This document shows, in pieces, positions 46,740-55,007 of a stretch of DNA of 55,026 bases. The stretch lies in contig CAZGUZ010000005.1 of NCBI GenBank assembly GCA_964529025.1, positions 18,129 to 73,154 of the forward strand, written 5' to 3'. The translations under genes were made by a program, and so were the position numbers. The notes under the pieces are model-generated. The model was not told where the DNA came from. It searched no databases and saw only the letters and a program-made list of their open reading frames with translations. Numbering within the stretch: position 1 is the first letter of the stretch; every line of letters begins with the position of its first letter. The DNA comes from an uncultured Candidatus Saccharibacteria bacterium. Its GTDB lineage: Bacteria; Patescibacteriota; Minisyncoccia; Phycocordibacterales; PALSA-1337.

Positions 46740-48470
46740 ATGAATACTTTACCCCACAACAATGAGCTCATAGAGCGTATCATTGCCCATATTTTTAAAG
46801 GTCATACACTCACACCTGCCAAACTTGAAAAGCGCTATCCGAAGCGAGTTTTTAGTGATGTAGCAGCTAAAGTAACCCGCTTTGCCCCAAGTCCAACAGG
46901 CTTTATGCATATTGGAGGAATGTACAACTCTCTTATTTCTGAGCGTATTGTTCATGCACAAAATCACACTCTTAAGGATGGTTCTATTGTGCAAAATCCT
47001 CGTGGTGTTTTTTATCTTCGCATCGAAGACACTGATTCAAAGCGTAAAGTAGAAGGAGCAACCGAGCTCATTGTAAGTTCCCTTGCAAACTTTGGAATTG
47101 AAGCTGACGAAGGCCCTGATACGGGTTCATATGGCCCCTACTATCAAAGCGAACGCAAAGAAATCTACGATACTTTCTGTATTGAACTTTTGCGCAAAGA
47201 TTTAGCATACATTTGTTTTGCTACACCAGAAGAACTCGAAAATAATCGCCACACACAAGAGCTTCAAAAGATTCGCCCTGGTTACTACGGTTCTTGGGCA
47301 CTCTATCGCAACACCCCTCTTACCGAAGTCATTACCAAGCTCGAAGCTGGAACACCTTTTGTCATCCGCCTTAAGTCACAAGGAAACTTCGACAATAAAG
47401 TTGAGGTTAATGACATAATTCGTGGAAAGCTCCACCTTTCACAGAATGATCAAGACACCGTAATTCGAAAAGCAGACGGTTTTCCTACGTATCACTTTGC
47501 TCATGCAATTGATGATCACTTTATGCATACAACCCATGTTATTCGTGGCGATGAATGGGTAGCCTCAACAACGCTCCATCTTGAACTCTTTAGTGCTCTT
47601 GGTTTTACTCCACCAACATACGGGCATATTCTTCCTATTCAAAAAATTGACGGAACCAAGCGAAAGCTGTCAAAGCGAAAAGATCCCGAGGCAAATATGC
47701 AGTACTATGTAGAGAAAGGATATACCCGCGACGCTGTTATTGAATATCTCCTCAACCTTGCGAATTCATCGTTCGAAAACTGGCGCCAAGCAAATCCAAC
47801 TCTTTCATGGAAAGAATTCCCCTTCTCTATTGAGCTTCTCTCGCACTCAACAGGCCCTCTTTTTGACCCTGTAAAACTCAACAATGTTGCAAAAGAAGTT
47901 GTTGCTCGTATGAGCGCGCATGACGTTTATACAGAATCACTTGCTTGGGCTCGAGTATATAACCCAACATGGGCAAATATTCTTGAAAGAGATTCTGCAT
48001 ACACTACAAGTATTTTCTCGATTGAGCGTTCTGGAGCAAAGGTTCGTAAAGATATTGGAACATGGAGCGAAGTTGAATCTACCATCGGATACTTTTTTGA
48101 TGATATTTTTGCTGAGAAAATTGCACCGACTGTGGCAAAGACTCTTGCGACATTACCTAATGTTGATGCAAATATTATTGCAACCTCTCTTCAAAGTCTT
48201 GCAAAAATTACTGACGAAAAACTCAATGCTGAGGATTGGCTTATTAAGGTGCGAGAACTCGCTCACTCTCTTGGCTATGCCGAAAATACTAAGTTGTATA
48301 AGCAAAATCCTGAAAGCTATAAAGGTTATATTGCTCATATTACAGCTATATTCCGGGTTGCCCTTACAGGAACATCTCAGACCCCCGATCTCTACCAAGT
48401 TATATCAGTACTTGGTCCAGAGCGTACTCAGCAAAGAATTGCCCGAGCTTGTAAAGATATAGCTGCATAA
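46740..48470 (+). CDS. gltX: Glutamate--tRNA ligase
   Basis: RFAPSPTGFMHIGG (HIGH) and KLSKRK (KMSKS-type), with GluRS catalytic and anticodon-binding layout. Start at ATG 46740, with TACACT at 46728-46733 6 nt upstream. An alternative start is at 46722. Confidence 0.92.
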   Translation: MNTLPHNNELIERIIAHIFKGHTLTPAKLEKRYPKRVFSDVAAKVTRFAPSPTGFMHIGGMYNSLISERIVHAQNHTLKDGSIVQNPRGVFYLRIEDTDSKRKVEGATELIVSSLANFGIEADEGPDTGSYGPYYQSERKEIYDTFCIELLRKDLAYICFATPEELENNRHTQELQKIRPGYYGSWALYRNTPLTEVITKLEAGTPFVIRLKSQGNFDNKVEVNDIIRGKLHLSQNDQDTVIRKADGFPTYHFAHAIDDHFMHTTHVIRGDEWVASTTLHLELFSALGFTPPTYGHILPIQKIDGTKRKLSKRKDPEANMQYYVEKGYTRDAVIEYLLNLANSSFENWRQANPTLSWKEFPFSIELLSHSTGPLFDPVKLNNVAKEVVARMSAHDVYTESLAWARVYNPTWANILERDSAYTTSIFSIERSGAKVRKDIGTWSEVESTIGYFFDDIFAEKIAPTVAKTLATLPNVDANIIATSLQSLAKITDEKLNAEDWLIKVRELAHSLGYAENTKLYKQNPESYKGYIAHITAIFRVALTGTSQTPDLYQVISVLGPERTQQRIARACKDIAA

Positions 48471-48515
48471 GTGTAGTTATAGTGTAGATTTACATACAAA
48501 AACCACAAAGCAAGA

Positions 48516-48546
48516 GCCCCGCGGAACAAGTCCGCGGGGCTTTTTG
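48516..48546 (+). terminator. Intrinsic terminator after gltX
   Basis: GCCCCGCGGA-acaag-UCCGCGGGGC (10 bp) followed by UUUUU. Confidence 0.8.
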
Positions 48547-48555
48547 ATGTACCGT

Positions 48556-49161
48556 CTAGCGAATCGGCTTCCCTGTCGATACCCCTCCCCACTGAGGTGG
48601 GGTAAAATCGTCAACAAGGGCATCGAGTGTCTGAGTTAAGTCAGGGGCCTCGATTGTAATACCCTGTTCAGGATGCTCTGTGTCGAGCACGAGTACAGAA
48701 CCGGGGCTTGGTTCTGGCAAAATTGTCAGCAAACCAAGATTAAACTTGGTATTAATTCCGCTGTGCAAGCAAGCCTCTGCAATAAATTCACGGTACTGCG
48801 GTTCGATGACAACCACAGCGTATTCCTTATTGCACGCAAGAGTAACACGAGTTTGCTCAGTAAGAATCGCAACAATTTGCTCACGAAATCGTCCGACATC
48901 ATCTCCATGACAGACCCTAAAGTCGCCGACCTGAGTTTGAGCGAACATGAGTTGTGTGTGACCCAGCAAAGCAGCAACCAACTCTGTTGTTGCTGTGGTT
49001 CTCTGTATTGAATACACCAGCTTGGCCCTAATCCTAAGGTTATCAGCTGAGCGTACAGTGTTTGCCCTGCAATAATAGCTTGCAAGTACAAGGAGCACAG
49101 TCCGAACTTGTTGCTCCGTATCGCTACTGTTTCCAGTAGGATGAGCGAATATGATTTTCAT
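48556..49161 (-). CDS. Hypothetical protein (201 aa), compositionally atypical
   Basis: Long ORF in a locally GC-richer stretch where several frames are open. Family not recognised. Confidence 0.45.
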   Translation of the reverse strand: MKIIFAHPTGNSSDTEQQVRTVLLVLASYYCRANTVRSADNLRIRAKLVYSIQRTTATTELVAALLGHTQLMFAQTQVGDFRVCHGDDVGRFREQIVAILTEQTRVTLACNKEYAVVVIEPQYREFIAEACLHSGINTKFNLGLLTILPEPSPGSVLVLDTEHPEQGITIEAPDLTQTLDALVDDFTPPQWGGVSTGKPIR

Positions 49162-49247
49162 CTTACTGAATCATATTCTTTTCACAGCTTTTTTCAAGTC
49201 AATCCGCAAAAGCACTATACAACCATACCTCCACAACTATTAGAAAC

Positions 49248-49510
49248 CTAATTCCCCACCACTCCCCTCGTCTTCGCCCCAAAGTACCCCACTGCAGGAG
49301 TAATATTGTTAGCTTGTTGGAATTTAATGAGAGCAGATTGAGTAAGTGTGCCGAAGTAGCCAGTAGCGTAGCCTGACTCTAGGTAACCTTGTTGTATGAG
49401 GAAGGTTTGGAGTGCTGTAACGTCGGAGCCACGTGAGCCAAGGAAGAGATCGCGGGTATAGGTGGTTTGAGTTGTTGTTTGTGGTACAGATGGAGTTGTG
49501 GGTGTTGTAG
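49248..49510 (-). repeat. Dispersed repeat, copy 3 (last PG-binding domain plus Thr/Pro linker only)
   Basis: The nucleotide sequence 49251-49510 closely matches 9841-10100 and 22783-~23000, for example ...ttgttggaatttaatgagagcagattgagtaag.... Confidence 0.8.
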
Positions 49511-50657
49511 GTGTTTGTGGTGTAGCAGCGGTGAGTTCAGCAATACGAGCTTGTGTAAGGGGGCCCATAGTGCCAGTTGGTGTAATATTGTTTGCTTGCT
49601 GGAAGAGTTTAAGTGCAGCTTCAGTAGCACGTCCAAAGTACGTTGTTTCTTGGCCTTGTGATCCATTACCCTGTGCAGCTACGGTATATCCTTGTGAGTT
49701 CAGGAAGCGTTGGAGAGTGCGGACATCTTCTCCTGTAGTTCCTGATGTTAAGTTACGTGTGAATACGGTTGAACGTTGTGTGCTTGGGGGAAGAGTTGAT
49801 GTGTTTCGGGGTGCTGAGGGGGTTGAGGGGGTTGATTCAATTGTTGGAGTACGTACCACTCTTCCTCCACTGCTGCGGCGGCGGGATGGGGTGGGTTCGG
49901 GGTTTGGTGTTGTAGGGGCATTAGGGTCAATGACAGTACTGAGGTTAGTTATTGTAGTGTTAGTGAGGTTAATTGCTTCATTGCCTGAATAGTCTCTAAC
50001 TGAGTTATCTCCTGCTGTATATGACACTGTTACTGTATTACCTTGATATATAGTTGTTGTACTTACGAGGAGTATTGTTGAACTTGCAAGAGTTACTGAT
50101 ACTGGTGTAGATGTTGCGCCATTAATGGTGATGATGTAGTCAGTGGTTGTTGGAGCACCAATAGTTACGTCCTCAAGGAATTCACTGTATTGCAAGTATA
50201 TTGTTGTTCCATCAGTTGATGTTGTTGCTGATGACAGAGTTGGAGCTGTGGTGTCGGGGCCGGCGTTGAAGATGGCGAGGCGGCTGTATGAACCTTGACC
50301 TAAATACATGAGTTCATTTTCTTCATCATAATCAGCGAACTCCGCTATGACTGAGGTTGAAGAAGCAACATTCGCATCAATAAGGCTATTTGATTCGAAA
50401 GTTTCCCTACCCGCATATGCTATTGCTGGTTCATTATTCTCAATTTGTGCAACATTGAAAATCTTAATACCTCCACCAACATATGTAATAAGTCGATCAT
50501 TTGAGTAAGCCAAGGCGCCTACACCACCCACAGTTCTTCGTCCCTTTATTTCATATGTACTTGTTGTAAAGTTTGGTTGACCAATGACATTCTCCGCCAT
50601 ACGGCCACTCGTAGTTGTTGCTGCATCAAAAACCATAATTCTTCTGCTGTCAGACAC
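49248..50657 (-). CDS. C-terminal part of a split NHL-repeat wall-binding protein (Ig-like module plus two PG-binding domains)
   Basis: 469 aa with no signal peptide. The N-terminus continues the NHL-like repeat of the upstream ORF. It contains SRRRSSGGR and two PG_binding_1-like repeats, and the C-terminus is near-identical to those of the ELWxxDGT proteins. Confidence 0.75.
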   Translation of the reverse strand: MSDSRRIMVFDAATTTSGRMAENVIGQPNFTTSTYEIKGRRTVGGVGALAYSNDRLITYVGGGIKIFNVAQIENNEPAIAYAGRETFESNSLIDANVASSTSVIAEFADYDEENELMYLGQGSYSRLAIFNAGPDTTAPTLSSATTSTDGTTIYLQYSEFLEDVTIGAPTTTDYIITINGATSTPVSVTLASSTILLVSTTTIYQGNTVTVSYTAGDNSVRDYSGNEAINLTNTTITNLSTVIDPNAPTTPNPEPTPSRRRSSGGRVVRTPTIESTPSTPSAPRNTSTLPPSTQRSTVFTRNLTSGTTGEDVRTLQRFLNSQGYTVAAQGNGSQGQETTYFGRATEAALKLFQQANNITPTGTMGPLTQARIAELTAATPQTPTTPTTPSVPQTTTQTTYTRDLFLGSRGSDVTALQTFLIQQGYLESGYATGYFGTLTQSALIKFQQANNITPAVGYFGAKTRGVVGN

Positions 50658-50666
50658 ATATAATTT

Positions 50667-52610
50667 CTATCGCACTCCATCTATTGCAAGTCCTTGAGGT
50701 GCACTACCGAAATTAGTTTGAGTATATGCTGGGGAAGACGAAAATGTAGTATTACCAATAACACTGATCGCGGCTTCTCCATCAGTGATACCGTCAGATA
50801 TATTGTACATGTAAACAATTGATGATATCTCATTTACTGCAAATAAATACCCTGTAGTTGTGCTGTATACCAAAGCGCCGGGTAATCGAATATTTGTTGC
50901 ACTCGTTGATCCACCAAAAGTTTCAGTAAAGTTAGTTTTTCCCAAAACGTTCGTGGCTGGTTCTCCATTTACGATAGTAGATGTGTCAAATACTAATATT
51001 CGGTTATTAGTATAATCTGAGACAAATAACCTATTATTCGCCGAATCGAAAGCGAGCCCTGTCGGCCTACTCATTCCCGTCTGGGTTGTAGAAGCAATGG
51101 ATGTTGTAAAGTCAGGCTGCCCTAAAACATAGTCAGCTTCGCGGTCGATAAGTCGGTGTGAGGAGTCGAGATTAAATACAAGAACACGGTTGTTATTTGG
51201 ATCTGACACAAAAAGTCGATCGTTAACTTTATCTATAATTGGAGCCATTCCGTAACCATTGAATGTGGTTGAGCGTGCAAACCCATTATTACGATTGCCC
51301 GAAAAGAAATTTTGTAAGGACATATTACCTGTGGCTGTATCAGTATTTTGTCCAAGAACCGCCACCGCTGGCTCCCCCATACTGATATTCTCGACATCAA
51401 AAAATAGAATTCGATTTTGGTTTGCACTGTTCATAACTAGAGTTGTACTCGCAAATGCTAGGCCACCCCAATTCAATGTTGTGGTACCAATCGGTAATGT
51501 ACTCCCGTTAGTTGATGTTACTGGAACCCCCAAAGCACTCACAAAAGTTCCTGGAGTAGTAATACTTGTTGTATTGTATATTGTAACCCTCCTCTCATTG
51601 GTCACAAAAAGATATTTACGCACTGGGTCGAAAGCCAGGCCAGATACATTTGCTGTTGAAAGCGCAGGATTAGAGCAACATGTTCCACTATTAATAGTTA
51701 CTGATGTTTGAGTGAGTACACCGAGAGCTGGTTCGGTATTGGTGATATTTGCTACATCGAAAACCGAAACTCGTCTACCGTTTCCAACATATAAATACTG
51801 GCGTTCATACTCATACTGAAGCGCAGTTACAAACTGTAGTCCGGTTGCCGTTGAAGAAGCAATATTTGTCGTAAAATCTGGCTGGCCAAGAACGTTCACG
51901 GCCGATTCACCATTAGTAATTGTTGTCACATCGAATACGAGCACACGAAAATTATCCTCTTCTCCCACGAATAGTCTATTATTAACAGTATCGACAGCCA
52001 CAGCTTTAGGGTCAAAAATCGTTGAAGCTGTGAGACCTGGCTCTCGGGTAGTAAAATCAGGCTGTCCGAGTACATAGATAGCAGCCTCGCCATTAGTTAT
52101 ACTTGCCACATCGTAAACAAGTACACGGTTACCTATATTATCCGCGACGTATAACAATTGTGTTGTTGAGGCATAAGCAAGACCCGTGGGGGTAGAGAGT
52201 CCTGTGGCTGATGTGACAGCGGTTCTGGTTACAAAGTCAGGCTGACCGAGCACGTAGTCTGCCAGAGCATCGATAGGACGAAGATTTTCGTCGAGGTTAA
52301 ATACTAGAATGCGGTTATTGCCAGAGTCTGAAGCAAAAAGTCTTCTTCCGGTCTCGTCAATTACTACCCCCACCTGCAAAGCTGAGCCCGATGATGCCAA
52401 TCCAACCCTCCCTAGTTTCGCACTATTCGGATTCAATCCCGTATAATCAAGAACAAACGGATCAGCATCAGGATCAACATACTGACCAATCATATCAACA
52501 GCATCTTCAATTGGTACAAGAGGGGCTGCAAAAGCAGAACTACTCAAAAGCCCCATTGCTACAGCAAAAAAACATATTGCTAGTGCCTGTGATACAAGAT
52601 AGTTCTTCAT
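50667..52610 (-). CDS. N-terminal part of a split secreted NHL-repeat beta-propeller protein
   Basis: 647 aa with a signal peptide (AICFFAVAMGLLSSSAFA). About 10 repeats of the type VLGQPDFTT....P.GLA.D....LFVSD..NNR.LVFD. It ends at a TAG that is in frame with ORF 49248..50657. Confidence 0.8.
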   Translation of the reverse strand: MKNYLVSQALAICFFAVAMGLLSSSAFAAPLVPIEDAVDMIGQYVDPDADPFVLDYTGLNPNSAKLGRVGLASSGSALQVGVVIDETGRRLFASDSGNNRILVFNLDENLRPIDALADYVLGQPDFVTRTAVTSATGLSTPTGLAYASTTQLLYVADNIGNRVLVYDVASITNGEAAIYVLGQPDFTTREPGLTASTIFDPKAVAVDTVNNRLFVGEEDNFRVLVFDVTTITNGESAVNVLGQPDFTTNIASSTATGLQFVTALQYEYERQYLYVGNGRRVSVFDVANITNTEPALGVLTQTSVTINSGTCCSNPALSTANVSGLAFDPVRKYLFVTNERRVTIYNTTSITTPGTFVSALGVPVTSTNGSTLPIGTTTLNWGGLAFASTTLVMNSANQNRILFFDVENISMGEPAVAVLGQNTDTATGNMSLQNFFSGNRNNGFARSTTFNGYGMAPIIDKVNDRLFVSDPNNNRVLVFNLDSSHRLIDREADYVLGQPDFTTSIASTTQTGMSRPTGLAFDSANNRLFVSDYTNNRILVFDTSTIVNGEPATNVLGKTNFTETFGGSTSATNIRLPGALVYSTTTGYLFAVNEISSIVYMYNISDGITDGEAAISVIGNTTFSSSPAYTQTNFGSAPQGLAIDGVR

Positions 52611-52689
52611 AAGAATACCTTAATAGTAACACGGCTTGCCCATGATTGAGCTTATTTTTGTGGATACAGAAATAAAATTGCCGTTCTCG

Positions 52690-53715
52690 TTAGTGCTCTA
52701 AATGCTTAAGAACCTTAAGGTAAAGATTTTCGACAATTTTCTCTTGGTCTTTTCCCATTTTTGCATAGTGATCAAGGCCTGGAGCCGAGTTAATTTCAAG
52801 AATCCAAAACTTATCGGGCTTTTGGCTGATATCGCCTTCAATTATAAAATCAACGCCGCACAAACGTAAACCCATATCACGAGTTAATTGCACTGCAATT
52901 TTTTTAAAGGCAGGGTGAACCTTATCTGTTACGTCTACAGAGTCGCCGCCCGTCGAAAGATTCGCATTGTCGAGCACAAACACTTTGCGGCCACGCTCAA
53001 GTACCGATGAAAGCTTTAAGTTTTGATGCTTAAGCTTAACAGCAATGCGCGGATCATCTAATTTAATGCGCGTATCACGGCTCGAAGCAATAAACTGCTT
53101 TTGTTTAAGCTTTAAGAGTTTTTCAATTGTAGAAACACCGTCGCCAACAATATTCAAAGGAATTCTTTCATATGCTGAAATAATTTCTGAATCAAGCACA
53201 ACAACGCGGTAATCACTACCCTTTACTGGTTTTTGCACAAGAACAATTCTATCCTTTTCAAAAATAGAACGAACAGCACGATAAAACTCGCGCTTATTAT
53301 GCACCAAAGCAACACCCACACCCTGACTTCCACTATTCGGCTTAACAATTACTGGCAAACCAATTTTGCATGCATGGCGATATGCAGCATCAATATTTCT
53401 TCGAGGCGAACCGATAGCTTTACCCCAACGATCTGAAAAGAATGTTTTAGAACCAGGGACAATAGAGTATCCCATTGAATTCATGAAAAAATTTGAATAG
53501 TCTTTATCGCGAGCAATTTCGGAACCACCCATAGGGTTCAAATCCAAAGTGTTATACCTAAAGTATGAATGCCGACCGCTCTTAAAAGTAATTTGCCCTA
53601 CAACTTCCCATTCAGGTTCCATAAAGACAGAGGCACCAATTTGAGGAGCAATCTTTTTGAGCAAACGACCAAGGAGTAACGATTCGCGATTTTTCTTCTT
53701 TGTCTTCTTCATCAT
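52690..53715 (-). CDS. ATP-grasp ligase, cyanophycin-synthetase G-domain-like / RimK-like, stand-alone
   Basis: VIVKPNSGSQGVGV..., SDYRVVVLD.E.ISAYERIP..IVGDG..TI..L, NANLSTGGDSVDVTDKVHP and ILEINSAPGL match ATP-grasp ligases of the CphA N-terminal type. Start set at ATG 53715. Confidence 0.8.
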   Translation of the reverse strand: MMKKTKKKNRESLLLGRLLKKIAPQIGASVFMEPEWEVVGQITFKSGRHSYFRYNTLDLNPMGGSEIARDKDYSNFFMNSMGYSIVPGSKTFFSDRWGKAIGSPRRNIDAAYRHACKIGLPVIVKPNSGSQGVGVALVHNKREFYRAVRSIFEKDRIVLVQKPVKGSDYRVVVLDSEIISAYERIPLNIVGDGVSTIEKLLKLKQKQFIASSRDTRIKLDDPRIAVKLKHQNLKLSSVLERGRKVFVLDNANLSTGGDSVDVTDKVHPAFKKIAVQLTRDMGLRLCGVDFIIEGDISQKPDKFWILEINSAPGLDHYAKMGKDQEKIVENLYLKVLKHLEH

Positions 53716-53826
53716 ATTAGGTATCTGTAGCTGGAGTAATACTTGCAAGTGAAATACTCAGTACAGGGAGAATATCACCCGCCCGTACTTAAATCAAATA
53801 GACTTCCATTTTATAACTAAATGTGG

Positions 53827-53832
53827 TATAAT
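53827..53832 (+). promoter_or_regulatory. Extended -10 (TGgTATAAT) 6 nt upstream of the folD ATG
   Basis: TGGTATAAT-atatcc-ATG(53839). Confidence 0.5.
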
Positions 53833-53838
53833 ATATCC

Positions 53839-54690
53839 ATGTCAATACTCCTCAACGGCGAAAAATTACGTGACCATCTCATTCCCCTTCTCATGCAAGA
53901 GATTCGAAACCGAGAGCTCAAACCAAAGCTCGTTATTATTCAAATTGGAAATAATAAAGAATCAAATAAGTACATACACAAGAAAAAGCTCTTAGGAAAA
54001 AAGATTGGCGCAACCGTCGTACATACCAAATATGCCGAGAGCATAACAGCCGCTCGAGTAATTCGTGATATACATAAATACAATAAAGATCCACACATTC
54101 ATGGAATTATGGTTCAGCTACCAATTCCTCAAGCACTCAAAGATGCACGAGTCATAGAAGCAATCGACCCCATAAAAGATGTCGATGGTTTAACCGCATA
54201 CAATACAAAATCACTCTTCGATGCCAAAGAAGCCTACTTACCTGCAACAACACAAGGAATCCTTACCCTTCTCAATCACTACAATATTGGCCTCGAAGGC
54301 AAGAAAGTAGTTATCGTAGGAGCATCAATGCTCGTAGGGCGACCAACAGCTCTTGCTTTTCTTAATCGAAAAGCAACCGTGACCGTATGCCACATACATA
54401 CACATAACCTCGAAGAAGAAACTCGCCGAGCCGACATACTCATCGTAGCAACAGGAAAAGCACACCTCATAACACCAAAACACGTAACAAAAAAGCAGGT
54501 AGTAATTGACGTAGGAATAACAGTCACTAAAAATAAAAAAGTAATCGGTGATGTCGATTTTGCAAAAGTACATAAGCATGTCTATGCCCTATCACCCGTA
54601 CCCGGCGGCGTAGGACCAATGACCGTAGTGTCGCTCTACCAAAACCTCATTAAAGCTTGCATCGAGCTCACCACAAAGAAAGTTCGCTAA
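53839..54690 (+). CDS. folD: Bifunctional methylenetetrahydrofolate dehydrogenase/cyclohydrolase
   Basis: ...VIIQIGNN.ES..Y...K......G....H......HGIMVQLPIP...D..KDVDG..., VVIVGAS..VGRP and PVPGGVGPMT are FolD signatures. Confidence 0.95.
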   Translation: MSILLNGEKLRDHLIPLLMQEIRNRELKPKLVIIQIGNNKESNKYIHKKKLLGKKIGATVVHTKYAESITAARVIRDIHKYNKDPHIHGIMVQLPIPQALKDARVIEAIDPIKDVDGLTAYNTKSLFDAKEAYLPATTQGILTLLNHYNIGLEGKKVVIVGASMLVGRPTALAFLNRKATVTVCHIHTHNLEEETRRADILIVATGKAHLITPKHVTKKQVVIDVGITVTKNKKVIGDVDFAKVHKHVYALSPVPGGVGPMTVVSLYQNLIKACIELTTKKVR

Positions 54691-54768
54691 AAGTTTAAAT
54701 TCGCCTACCCCACCCACCGAGGAGAGTGACACTAAAAGTGCGCACTTTCATAGCGTCATTGCACATTA

Positions 54769-54797
54769 TTGAAACACCCCACAAAATATGGTATGTT
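54769..54797 (+). promoter_or_regulatory. Putative sigma-70 promoter of tRNA-Glu (TTGAAA-N17-TATGTT)
   Basis: TTGAAA at 54769-54774 and TATGTT at 54792-54797. The tRNA 5' end lies 9 nt downstream of the -10 box. Confidence 0.45.
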
Positions 54798-54806
54798 TTG
54801 TATCAC

Positions 54807-54878
54807 GGCCCTATCGTCTATCGGCTAGGACGGAAGCTTCTCAAGCTTCAAAGCAGGGTTCGATTCCCTGTAGGGTCA
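54807..54878 (+). tRNA. tRNA-Glu (anticodon CUC)
   Basis: Hand-folded cloverleaf: acceptor GGCCCUA/UAGGGUC, D arm GUCU/GGAC, anticodon stem GAAGC/GCUUC with loop UUCUCAA, T arm CAGGG-UUCGAUU-CCCUG. UCGUCUA..GG..AGGAC is typical of tRNA-Glu. CCA is not encoded. Confidence 0.9.
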
Positions 54879-54879
54879 C
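54861..54879 (+). repeat. 19-nt direct repeat, copy 1 (3' end of tRNA-Glu)
   Basis: cgattccctgtagggtcac, identical to 55008-55026. Confidence 0.9.
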
Positions 54880-54889
54880 ATTTTTTGCA

Positions 54890-54917
54890 AAAAGCCTCGG
54901 CTTGTCCGGGGTTTTTT
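54890..54917. terminator. Terminator after tRNA-Glu
   Basis: AAAAG-CCUCGG-cuugu-CCGGGG-UUUUUU. Confidence 0.6.
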
Positions 54918-55007
54918 GCAAAAAAGGTCTTGGGAATCGAAAGACGGAGCGAGCGGAGGCGAGCGAGTCGGGGCCGCGGGCGAGCCGAGTACGGCGAGAC
55001 CTGTGGC

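Noticed and set aside
50667-50669. TAG reassignment (pyrrolysine or an alternative genetic code) as the explanation for the in-frame stop.
   Set aside because: TAG clearly terminates other genes here, including rpsI at 781-783, both the ELW-1 gene (9837-9839) and the paralogous C-terminus at 49248-50, and the DD-carboxypeptidase. No pyl genes were seen. A nonsense mutation or polymorphism is more parsimonious.
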